From NCBI GenBank assembly GCA_001552015.1, contig CP010514.1, positions 30,001 to 62,000 on the forward strand: DNA of 32,000 nt, read 5' to 3'. The DNA is from Candidatus Nanopusillus acidilobi (lineage in GTDB: Archaea > Nanobdellota > Nanobdellia > Nanobdellales > Nanobdellaceae). The position numbers were made by a program, and so were the translations under genes. This document shows positions 1-7,589 of this stretch, piece after piece (within the stretch, counting starts at the first letter, position 1; each line of letters starts with the position of its first letter). Below the pieces are notes generated by a model, which saw nothing but the letters and a program-made list of their open reading frames with translations, ran no database searches and had not been told where the DNA came from.

Positions 1-360
1 TATAATAATCTTGATATAGAAAATTTTGAATATGAATATACTGTTTGTCCAAGATGTAAAGGTTTAATTAAAAAAGCAAATCTAATTTTACAAATAAGAG
101 GATATAATAAAAATATTGAAGATGAAATATTAAAAATAGCAAAGAAAAATAGAGATATAATAAAAAAGGTAAATGAAATAAATGAAAATGATCTTGATAT
201 ATATTTATATGTAGGAAAAAATAGGATAAAGAGCTATTATAATATATTAAAAAAATATGGGGAAGTAAAATTAAGTAAAAAATTGTTTAGCTATGATAAA
301 AAAAGTGGAAATAAAAAATATATTGTAACAATATTACTAAGGGGTGAAGAAGATACATGA
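1..360 (+). CDS. 3' end of a gene truncated by the window edge; hypothetical protein with a C-x2-C zinc-ribbon-like motif
   Basis: Frame 1 is open from base 1 to TGA 358-360 (...EYTVCPRCKGLIKK...YIVTILLRGEEDT*). It is absent from the ORF track because it has no start codon in the window. Family not recognised. Confidence 0.5.
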   Translation, partial: YNNLDIENFEYEYTVCPRCKGLIKKANLILQIRGYNKNIEDEILKIAKKNRDIIKKVNEINENDLDIYLYVGKNRIKSYYNILKKYGEVKLSKKLFSYDKKSGNKKYIVTILLRGEEDT

Positions 361-536
361 AAAACCTTATAAAAGTTTACATAATAATAAAGGGTATGGA
401 CTGGGAAGACCTAAAAAGGAGGATAAAGGAACTGAGAATGAAAGAAGAGGATGAAGGAGAAGGTTGGGAAGAATATGAAGAAGAGGATTGGGATTTGGAA
501 GAAGATTGGGACGAGGAAGGGGAAGATGAATGGTAA
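357..536 (+). CDS. small (59 aa) protein with an extremely acidic, Trp-rich C-terminal tail
   Basis: Hand translation: MKNLIKVYIIIKGMDWEDLKRRIKELRMKEEDEGEGWEEYEEEDWDLEEDWDEEGEDEW*. The ATG at 357 overlaps the upstream TGA (ATGA). It falls below the ORF-track size cutoff. Codon periodicity and purine-rich acidic coding are evident. Confidence 0.45.
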   Translation: MKNLIKVYIIIKGMDWEDLKRRIKELRMKEEDEGEGWEEYEEEDWDLEEDWDEEGEDEW

Positions 537-568
537 TTTATTAATGTTTAATTTATAATATTTTTTAA

Positions 569-874
569 ATGTCTCTTTTCGAAGAAGAAGGAGTTCCTGT
601 TCCTAAGGATAGGCAAGTTATAGGAATAATTGAGGAGGTTGTTGGTTGGGCACATGCAAGGGTAAGATGTTTTGATGGAAAAACAAGAATATGTAGAGTT
701 CCACAAAATAAGAAAATGCATAAGAATATATGGTTAAAAAAGGGTACATATGTATTAGTAGAACCATGGGAGTTACAATCTGATAAAAAAGGAGATATAT
801 TATATTCATATACAGATTCAGAAGTTGAATGGCTAAAAAAGAAAGGATATTTAAAGATTGAGGAAGAGTTTTAG
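569..874 (+). CDS. eif1A: translation initiation factor aIF-1A
   Basis: 101 aa with the S1/OB-fold aIF-1A pattern VIGIIEEVVGWAHARVRCFDGKTRICRVPQNKKMHKNIWLKKGTYVLVEPWELQSDKKGDILYSY. Confidence 0.9.
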   Translation: MSLFEEEGVPVPKDRQVIGIIEEVVGWAHARVRCFDGKTRICRVPQNKKMHKNIWLKKGTYVLVEPWELQSDKKGDILYSYTDSEVEWLKKKGYLKIEEEF

Positions 875-944
875 GGCCCGTAGTCTAGTGGCAGGACGGT
901 GGGCTCCAGACCCATTGACGGGGGTTCGAATCCCCCCGGGCCCA
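874..944 (+). tRNA. tRNA-Trp (anticodon CCA)
   Basis: Cloverleaf folded by hand. Acceptor GGGCCCG/CGGGCCC; D arm GTCT-AGTGGCA-GGAC; anticodon arm GTGGG-CTCCAGA-CCCAT; T arm GGGGG-TTCGAAT-CCCCC; discriminator A. No intron and no encoded CCA. It is a GC-rich island in AT-rich DNA. Confidence 0.9.
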
Positions 945-983
945 AGACCGACTACTAAAAGATAATATAAAAAGGGTTTTAAA

Positions 984-1172
984 TTAAATATTGTAATTGT
1001 TTGATATATTGCCAAATGTTTGATTTAAAGCATTATTTGATGTATTTGATAAATTTTGTTGAGATGATGAGATTTTCAAAGTTTGAGGGACTACAAAAAT
1101 TATAACTACTACTAAAACAATAAGTCCAATTATTAAAAAAAATACAAAATCTATAGCATCAGATCTTTTCAT
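984..1172 (-). CDS. 62-aa mini pilin-like protein (N-terminal hydrophobic helix plus N/S/T-rich tail)
   Basis: MKRSDAIDFVFFLIIGLIVLVVVIIFVV followed by a tail with the sequons NLS, NTS, NQT and NIS. It has the same length and architecture as the ORF at 8063-8251. Confidence 0.6.
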   Translation of the reverse strand: MKRSDAIDFVFFLIIGLIVLVVVIIFVVPQTLKISSSQQNLSNTSNNALNQTFGNISNNYNI

Positions 1173-1210
1173 ATTTTAATTTATTATATAAAAGATGAAC
1201 TTATAAAAGA

Positions 1211-1576
1211 TTAGGATGGGCACACCAACTCATCACCCATGGTTGTGCAAGTTATAGTTGTAGTCGTAGTTATAATCGTAGACGTAAATTCTCCATTCTC
1301 CCCCACTCCATAAGACGTAGTTGTAGTCGTAGTTGTAATTATAGTTGTAGAATATTGGGATGAGCTAGATCCGCCGTTTACTTGATTTGATATATTATTT
1401 ATTGCTTGACCTGTTTGATTTGTTTGATTCAATGTTGGATTTAATACATTTTGTGTTCCAGTTATTCCCTTAGAAAATGTACCTGTAAAGAATAATACTA
1501 CAACTATTAAGGCAACAAGTGCTATTATCAATATAATAATTGTATTAATTGCTATGGATTGGCCTTTCTTTACCAT
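1211..1576 (-). CDS. class III signal peptide (type IV prepilin-like) protein with poly-Thr tracts
   Basis: The N-terminus MVKKGQSIAINTIIILIIALVALIVVVLFF fits the archaeal prepilin pattern K-G-Q-S followed by a hydrophobic helix. The body is N/Q/T-rich with two TIITTTTT tracts and a C-terminal Cys pair (CTTMGDELVC). Confidence 0.7.
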   Translation of the reverse strand: MVKKGQSIAINTIIILIIALVALIVVVLFFTGTFSKGITGTQNVLNPTLNQTNQTGQAINNISNQVNGGSSSSQYSTTIITTTTTTTSYGVGENGEFTSTIITTTTTITCTTMGDELVCPS

Positions 1577-1628
1577 AAATTTTTATACAATTTCTATATT
1601 TTTAAATTTTTTATAAAAGATTAATTTT

Positions 1629-3509
1629 ATGTGGATATTAAGAGAAAAATTAAAAGATTATGATATAGAATTTTCTGAACCTCCAAAAAATTTAGATTAT
1701 GATATATCTATTAAATTATTCAAAGAAATAAAAAAAGGAAAAGATCCAAATATATTAGTAAATGAAATAATTGAAAAAATAAAAGAATTTGTTTCGGATT
1801 ATAAGTTTTTAAATGGATATTTAAATATTAAATTGAATAAAGAAAAATTATTAGAAAACTATAGAAAATTATTTGATTTTGAAAAAAAGAATATTAGAGT
1901 ATTTTTAGAGCATACATCTGCAAATCCAAATAAAGCATTACATATAGGTCATTTAAGAAATTCAATGATTGGAGATTCTTTATATAGATTGTTTAAAACA
2001 TTAAACTATGATGTAAATGTAATAAATTATATAGATGATACTGGTGTTCAAGTTAGTGATAATATTTTAGGAATATATTATTTAAAAATACCTGAAGAAC
2101 CAAAAGATTTCAATTTAGAGAATGTAATAAAGAATATTAAAGAATTTTTAATAAGAGAAAATTTATATAAGGAAGAATATGAAGAAAAAATTAGGAAAAT
2201 ATTTTTGGAGAGAATGAATATATTGAAAAATTTATATGGATATGAAGTTCCTGAAAAATTTGATCATTATTATGGAGATTTTATATATGTAATAGTTAAT
2301 AAATTATATGAAATAATTCCTGAATTGGAAAAATATAAATATAATATTATAAAGATGATTGAAGAGGGAAATAATGAAGTATATTATTTATCTAAAAGAA
2401 TATCTGATAGAATTTTATTTGAACAATTAAATACATTGTGGAGATTTAATATATATTTTAATTTAATCATTAGAGAATCTGATATATTAAAGTATAAATT
2501 ATTTGATAATGCATTAAAAGTATTGGAAGAAAATAAAATGATAAAAAAGAATGGTACAATTTCTTTAGATTTAACAAGATGGGAGGATATATATAAAGCA
2601 TATTCAAATAAAGAAAAGGTTCTTGTAAGATCAAATGGAACTACTACATATATTGCAAAGGATATTGCATATGCAATGTGGAAACATGGTATAATTAGAT
2701 CAGATATTAAATTTAAAGAATATATAAAACAACCAAATGGAGAATATATATATGAAATAAATAATGAAGGAAAAGAAATTGAACCATGTAAAATTTCAGT
2801 AAATGTAATTGGAATGGAACAAATGCATAATCAATTAATGGTAAAAAGAGTAATTGAAGAAATTGATAAAGATTCAAAATATATATATTATGGATATGGA
2901 TTAGTTAGATTGCATAGAAATACTGCAAAAATATTTGGAATAAATGAGGATATAAAAATGTCTGGAAGAAAGGGATTATATATAAATGTTGATGATTTAT
3001 ATGAGAAATTATATAATATTGCATATGATAAATTTAAGGATAAAGAAAAAGCTGAAAAAGTAGTAAAAAGTTTTATATCATTAGAAATGTTGAAATATGA
3101 TAGAAATACTGCAATATTGTTTGATATTGATAAAATGTTAAATTTGGAAGAAGGGAATGCAATATACTTTTTATATACATATGCAAGAATAAAATCATTA
3201 TTAAATAAAGTTGATAAAATACCTGAAGAGTTTGAAATAAAAGAATTAAATAAATATGAAGAAAAATTAATTATTAATATATTTAAATTTAAGGATGTAA
3301 TCTATGATATTGAAAAATCATTAGAATTAAATCATTTATATAAATATTTAATAGATCTGGTTAGATCATTTAATGAATTTTATCAAAATGTTCCAATATT
3401 AAATTATAAAGATAAATATCCACATAGATTATTCCTAGTATATTTAACGAAAGAAATATTGGATAAAATATTCTATATATTGAAAATTGAACCTGTAGAA
3501 AGTATTTAA
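1629..3509 (+). CDS. argS: arginyl-tRNA synthetase
   Basis: 626 aa. Class I HIGH region EHTSANPNKALHIGHLRN, a later MSGRKG (KMSKS-like) motif, and typical ArgRS N-terminal and anticodon-binding regions. Confidence 0.92.
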   Translation: MWILREKLKDYDIEFSEPPKNLDYDISIKLFKEIKKGKDPNILVNEIIEKIKEFVSDYKFLNGYLNIKLNKEKLLENYRKLFDFEKKNIRVFLEHTSANPNKALHIGHLRNSMIGDSLYRLFKTLNYDVNVINYIDDTGVQVSDNILGIYYLKIPEEPKDFNLENVIKNIKEFLIRENLYKEEYEEKIRKIFLERMNILKNLYGYEVPEKFDHYYGDFIYVIVNKLYEIIPELEKYKYNIIKMIEEGNNEVYYLSKRISDRILFEQLNTLWRFNIYFNLIIRESDILKYKLFDNALKVLEENKMIKKNGTISLDLTRWEDIYKAYSNKEKVLVRSNGTTTYIAKDIAYAMWKHGIIRSDIKFKEYIKQPNGEYIYEINNEGKEIEPCKISVNVIGMEQMHNQLMVKRVIEEIDKDSKYIYYGYGLVRLHRNTAKIFGINEDIKMSGRKGLYINVDDLYEKLYNIAYDKFKDKEKAEKVVKSFISLEMLKYDRNTAILFDIDKMLNLEEGNAIYFLYTYARIKSLLNKVDKIPEEFEIKELNKYEEKLIINIFKFKDVIYDIEKSLELNHLYKYLIDLVRSFNEFYQNVPILNYKDKYPHRLFLVYLTKEILDKIFYILKIEPVESI

Positions 3510-3533
3510 AAATATAATATATATTATCAATTT

Positions 3534-3848
3534 ATGTCAATGATAAGGATTAAAATGTGGGGAACTGATTTAAAAACAATGAATCAATTTACTAATCAAT
3601 TGTTAAAAATAATTGAACAATTGGGTATTGAAAAGAGAGGTCCTGTTAATTTACCAACAAAAATAATTAGAATACCTACTATGAGAACATTGGGAAAGAG
3701 AGGTACAAAAATATATGAAACATATCAAATAAGAATATATAGAAGATTTTTAGATGTTGCAAATGATGAAAGATTTTTCAAAAATTACTTTATAAATATG
3801 CAAATTCCATCAAAAGGATTTAGAATATCATTAAAGATAATAAAATGA
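3534..3848 (+). CDS. rps10: 30S ribosomal protein uS10
   Basis: 104 aa with the uS10 pattern GPVNLPTK...RTLGKRGTKIYETYQIRIYRRFLDV. ATGA overlap with the next gene. Confidence 0.9.
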   Translation: MSMIRIKMWGTDLKTMNQFTNQLLKIIEQLGIEKRGPVNLPTKIIRIPTMRTLGKRGTKIYETYQIRIYRRFLDVANDERFFKNYFINMQIPSKGFRISLKIIK

Positions 3849-4828
3849 GCTATATTTTATTGAGATATAATGGATTATATATATTTGATGATAATTTAGA
3901 AAATTTTAAGAAAATTGATGTTGAATTAAATTTAGAAGATTTAGAAGAAATATATAAAAACAAGTTACCTGAAAAGATAAAAAATTATATAAAGGAAAAT
4001 GATATTTTCATTGGACAAAGATTTGAAGGATATAAATATACAGAAGATACAAGTATAATAAGAAAAACATTGGAAAAAATTGGAGAAGAAAAGATTGATA
4101 ATAAATTATTTATTGATTTATTAAAGGAACAAATATCAGATTCAATAAGTAGGGATGAAATGATAATTCAAGCAATAAGTTTTCTTGATGATTTAAATAA
4201 ATCATTGAATTTATTTATGGAAAGATTTAGGGAATGGTATGGATTATATTTTCCAGAAATTTCACAGGAAATTGAGGATCATGAGAAATTTATAAGAACA
4301 ATTGTAAATTCAAATAGGGAAGAATTAATGAAAAAATATAATATTAATAAAACAATGGGTGGAAAAATATTTGAAAAAGAAGATTTGGAAATAATGAATG
4401 AAATATCATTAAAAATAAAGGAAATTTATGATTTAAGAAAAAATTTGGAAGATTATATTGAAAAATTAATGAAAGAAATTGCTCCAAATTTATCAGAAAT
4501 TGCTACTCCAAAAATTGGTGCAAGATTAATATTATTAGCTGGCGGATTAAAGGAATTATCATTATTACCTTCTTCAACAATACAAGTTTTAGGTGCAGAA
4601 AAAGCATTGTTTTTGCATTTATCTAAAGGTATAAAACCTCCAAAACATGGTGTAATATTTAATCATCCATATTTACAAAAATTACCTCCAAAAAGAAGAG
4701 GAGCAATGGCTAGAACATTAGCATCAAAAATATCTATTGCAGTAAAAGCAGATTTGAATGGAAAGATAATATATCAAAAATTGAAGGAAGAATTGGATAA
4801 AAGATTTAAAGAATTATCTGAAAAATGA
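3845..4828 (+). CDS. nop5: C/D box sRNP core protein Nop5 (Nop56/58)
   Basis: 327 aa. Nop domain APNLSEIATPKIGARLILLAGGLKELSLLPSSTIQVLGAEKALF...KHGVIFNHP...RGAMARTLASKISIAVKAD. Followed by fibrillarin with an ATGA overlap. Confidence 0.9.
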   Translation: MSYILLRYNGLYIFDDNLENFKKIDVELNLEDLEEIYKNKLPEKIKNYIKENDIFIGQRFEGYKYTEDTSIIRKTLEKIGEEKIDNKLFIDLLKEQISDSISRDEMIIQAISFLDDLNKSLNLFMERFREWYGLYFPEISQEIEDHEKFIRTIVNSNREELMKKYNINKTMGGKIFEKEDLEIMNEISLKIKEIYDLRKNLEDYIEKLMKEIAPNLSEIATPKIGARLILLAGGLKELSLLPSSTIQVLGAEKALFLHLSKGIKPPKHGVIFNHPYLQKLPPKRRGAMARTLASKISIAVKADLNGKIIYQKLKEELDKRFKELSEK

Positions 4829-5499
4829 AATTAAAGCCATTAAAAGAGAATAAGAATATATTTATTGATGAAAAAGGTAGATTATATACAAAGAATTTGG
4901 TACCTGGAAAAGTTGTATATGAAGAAAGATTGGTAAAGTATAATAATGAGGAATATAGAGAATGGATTACAAATAGATCAAAATTAGCAGCAGCAATTAA
5001 GAAAAATATTGGAGAAGTACCAATTAATAAAGGTGATAAAATATTGTATTTAGGTATTGCATCAGGTACAACTGCATCACATATTTCTGATATAATTGAT
5101 AAAAATGGATTAATATTTGGTGTAGATATTTCTGCAAGAATATTAAGGGATCTTGTCCCAATATTATATGATAGAAAAAATATTATTGGAATATTGGCGG
5201 ATGCTGACAAACCATGGGAATATTTACATATTGTTACAAAGGTTGATTTAATATATCAAGATGTTGCACAACCACATCAGGTAAAAATATTTATTAAAAA
5301 TATTGAATATTATTTAAAAAATAAGGGATATGGATTTTTAGCAGTAAAAGCAAGATCAATTGATGTATCTAGAGATCCAAAAGAAATATTTAAGGAAGTA
5401 AGAAAGGAATTGGAAGATTATGGATTAAGAATAATAAAAGAAGTAAGATTGGAACCATATCATATTGATCATTCAATGTTTTTAATTCAAAATAAATAA
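4825..5499 (+). CDS. flpA: fibrillarin-like rRNA/tRNA 2'-O-methyltransferase
   Basis: 224 aa. YREWITNRSKLAAAI, SAM-binding ILYLGIASGTTASHISDI, and YQDVAQP. Confidence 0.93.
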   Translation: MKLKPLKENKNIFIDEKGRLYTKNLVPGKVVYEERLVKYNNEEYREWITNRSKLAAAIKKNIGEVPINKGDKILYLGIASGTTASHISDIIDKNGLIFGVDISARILRDLVPILYDRKNIIGILADADKPWEYLHIVTKVDLIYQDVAQPHQVKIFIKNIEYYLKNKGYGFLAVKARSIDVSRDPKEIFKEVRKELEDYGLRIIKEVRLEPYHIDHSMFLIQNK

Positions 5500-5529
5500 T
5501 TTTTAAAGGTTATTATAAATATATAAAAA

Positions 5530-5805
5530 ATGCTGCATGCTATAAGAGAAATTGATAGAAATGGAAGGGAAATATATAAATGTCCATTATGTGGTCATGT
5601 ATTTGTAAATAGCAAGCAATATAGTAGACATTTAATGAAATCCCATTTAAGAAATGTTACAATGAATAAAAGAAAATGGAAGAAATTTATGAAACAATTA
5701 TTATTAATTGATATAAAGGAAAAAAGTAATATTGAATTAACAAATTATGAAAGATACTTAAAGATAAAATCAAAGTTAAATAATATAAAGCTAAATAGTG
5801 AATAA
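5530..5805 (+). CDS. small classical C2H2 zinc-finger protein with a basic tail
   Basis: 91 aa. YKCPLCGHVFVNSKQYSRHLMKSH gives C-x2-C-x12-H-x4-H. It is followed by the K/R-rich stretch NKRKWKKFMK. Confidence 0.6.
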   Translation: MLHAIREIDRNGREIYKCPLCGHVFVNSKQYSRHLMKSHLRNVTMNKRKWKKFMKQLLLIDIKEKSNIELTNYERYLKIKSKLNNIKLNSE

Positions 5806-6330
5806 TTTTGTCTTTTCTTTTCCAGATAGTTCTCTAATTATTCTTTCATAAATTATATTTTGTATATTTTTAATTCCCTTTACTCTTTCTTCAATATCTT
5901 TAAATGATTCAAATGGTTTCTTCTGTCTTTCTTCAATAATTTTTTGAACAGTTACTTTTCCAATATCTGGTAATAATTCCAATGTATGTATTCTAATATT
6001 TAATGGACCAGCTTTATTAAAAAATTCTACAAATTTTTTCTCATTTTTTGCTATTAGATCTCTTATTGCTTTTTCTAAATTTGCTTTTGCAATTTCAGGT
6101 AATTCATCAAAGGATAATCTTTTTAATATAGATCTTACCTTATCCCTTTGTTTATTTCCAATATATAATTCTTCAAATAAATTTACTGTAACACCAGGTT
6201 TTAATGTTAATAATAATAATGTAAAATAATCCCTTCCAACAGTATATACTACTGGCTCCTTTATATTTTTTGTTGGATCTCCGCCTGGCAAATAATATAT
6301 TACAATTGCATACTCTTCTCTTTTATCCAT
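5791..6330 (-). CDS. DUF655/COG1491-type predicted nucleic-acid-binding protein (OB-like N-terminus plus helix-hairpin-helix)
   Basis: 179 aa. EEYAIVIYYLPGGDP at the N-terminus and LELLPDIGKVTVQKIIEER (HhH) toward the C-terminus. It sits directly downstream of the rpo4-like gene with an 8-nt ATGGATAA overlap, as in the conserved archaeal rpoF-DUF655 pair. Confidence 0.7.
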   Translation of the reverse strand: MDKREEYAIVIYYLPGGDPTKNIKEPVVYTVGRDYFTLLLLTLKPGVTVNLFEELYIGNKQRDKVRSILKRLSFDELPEIAKANLEKAIRDLIAKNEKKFVEFFNKAGPLNIRIHTLELLPDIGKVTVQKIIEERQKKPFESFKDIEERVKGIKNIQNIIYERIIRELSGKEKTKLFTI

Positions 6331-6640
6331 ATTTCTTTATTACATTTAATATTTTTTCAATATCTTGTTTGCTTAAAGTATGCGTATATAATACTGCCCT
6401 TAATTCTTCTTCATTTTTTGGTAAAAATTCTAATATTTGTATTTTTACTTCATCTGGTAAATTTATATCTTTTAATTCTTCTAATATTTCTTTTTCTTCA
6501 TTTTCATCTAATTTATATGTATCATTAAGGAATTTTAATGTTCTTTCTTCTACATATAATAAATTTCTCTTTTCTTTATTTTTTTGTAATATATTTTTAA
6601 CATTTGCAGGTGTTATAAGCTTTTTATTCAGTACTTCCAT
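6323..6640 (-). CDS. rpo4: DNA-directed RNA polymerase subunit Rpo4/F
   Basis: 105-aa acidic helical protein. Its size and its position between the eL21 gene and the DUF655 gene match archaeal Rpo4/F. The call rests mainly on context. Confidence 0.65.
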   Translation of the reverse strand: MEVLNKKLITPANVKNILQKNKEKRNLLYVEERTLKFLNDTYKLDENEEKEILEELKDINLPDEVKIQILEFLPKNEEELRAVLYTHTLSKQDIEKILNVIKKYG

Positions 6641-6692
6641 TTATATATCTTTTTAAATATTATTTAAAAATATATCATGAACTTTTAATTTA

Positions 6693-7016
6693 ATGACTGC
6701 AAGAAAGGGGAAGGGTTCTAGAAGAAAAACAAGGGATAAATTATCATTACATATAAGGGAACATGGTAAAATAAAGATAAGGAAAATATTACAAGAATTC
6801 AATATAAATGATAAAGTTGTAATAAAGATTGATCCATCATATAATAAAACAATGCCTCATCCAAAATATCATGGAATGGTTGGAACAATTATAGGAAAAA
6901 GGGGGGAATGTTATGAAGTTTTAGTAAATGATAAAGGAAAAGAAAAAATGATAATTGTTCATCCAGCACATTTAGAAAAATTTAAGGAACAGGTTTCTCC
7001 TGTTCAATCTTCTTAG
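6693..7016 (+). CDS. rpl21e: 50S ribosomal protein eL21
   Basis: 107 aa. GSRRKTRDKL, PKYHGMVGTIIGKRGECYEVLV and KMIIVHPAHL. Confidence 0.9.
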   Translation: MTARKGKGSRRKTRDKLSLHIREHGKIKIRKILQEFNINDKVVIKIDPSYNKTMPHPKYHGMVGTIIGKRGECYEVLVNDKGKEKMIIVHPAHLEKFKEQVSPVQSS

Positions 7017-7539
7017 TTATATTATTTAAAATAATATCCCTTAATTTTATCATATCATCCTTTTTAATTAATGGTAATTCAATTGTTAAACTTACACTTT
7101 TATTTAATAAAAATGTATGAGTATATATTTTTATTGTATATAATTTTCTAATTTTCTCATATAAACTCTGATATATTTCTATATTATTTATATATGAATT
7201 TTCTATTGATCTTATATTTTCATTTTCAATCAATATTAATCTTTTATTTGTAAATATTATATAATAGTTCTTTGCCTTTTCATAATATTTTAATGCAATA
7301 TAATATACAATTGAAGTAATAAAAAATAATAAAAATAAGGATAATATATTTGGGTTATAATATTCTGAAATTAAGAATGTAACAAAATATATAGAAAAAA
7401 TTAAATATAATGGAAATGTATATCTTAATGAATATATTGATGGATTATAATTAATAGTAAATAATGGATCTTCATTTTCCAATTTTATTTTTTCATTTAT
7501 TTTTTCTTTTTCAAATGATAAATAATAATCTCCTTTCAT
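6982..7539 (-). CDS. membrane protein with a bacterial-type PH (YdbS/YdbT, bPH_2-like) domain
   Basis: 185 aa. Two central TM helices followed by YYIIFTNKRLILIENENI, resembling the bPH_2 signature. Convergent 35-nt overlap with rpl21e. Confidence 0.55.
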   Translation of the reverse strand: MKGDYYLSFEKEKINEKIKLENEDPLFTINYNPSIYSLRYTFPLYLIFSIYFVTFLISEYYNPNILSLFLLFFITSIVYYIALKYYEKAKNYYIIFTNKRLILIENENIRSIENSYINNIEIYQSLYEKIRKLYTIKIYTHTFLLNKSVSLTIELPLIKKDDMIKLRDIILNNITKKIEQEKPVP

Positions 7540-7589
7540 TTTTGTTTATTTATTCAAAAATTTATAAATATTGTTTTTTATTTATTTTT

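Noticed and set aside
1211-1250. Imperfect hairpin (gcacacc...ggttgtgc) at the 3' end of the 121-aa pilin gene, considered as a possible terminator or RNA element
   Set aside because: It is explained by the two Cys codons and the intervening coding sequence (CTTMGDELVC). It lies inside the ORF, and the stem has a mismatch and a 15-nt loop.
2987-3056. Possible C/D box sRNA (TGATGA ... CTGA about 60 nt apart) inside argS
   Set aside because: There are no convincing internal D'/C' boxes and no terminal stem. The candidate lies wholly within a conserved coding region. In AT-rich sequence such hexamer/tetramer pairs arise by chance. I did not find a better candidate in any intergenic spacer.
4806-5210. 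134-aa minus-strand ORF antisense to fibrillarin. Similar antisense ORFs occur at 618-809, 6270-6656, 22149-22391, 22833-23225, 24663-24863, 25242-25469 and 25578-25808.
   Set aside because: Each lies opposite a confidently identified housekeeping gene (aIF-1A, fibrillarin, rpo4, fbp, alaS) and encodes hydrophobic low-complexity sequence of the kind expected from the reverse strand of AT-rich coding DNA.
7464-7589. The N-terminal 42-aa extension of the VKOR-like ORF, as given in the ORF track
   Set aside because: The extension overlaps the 5' end of the minus-strand gene 6982-7539 by 76 nt and is low-complexity (F/L-rich). It also precedes a TATA-like tttataaata at 7561-7570. The ATG at 7590 yields a protein with standard VKOR topology.
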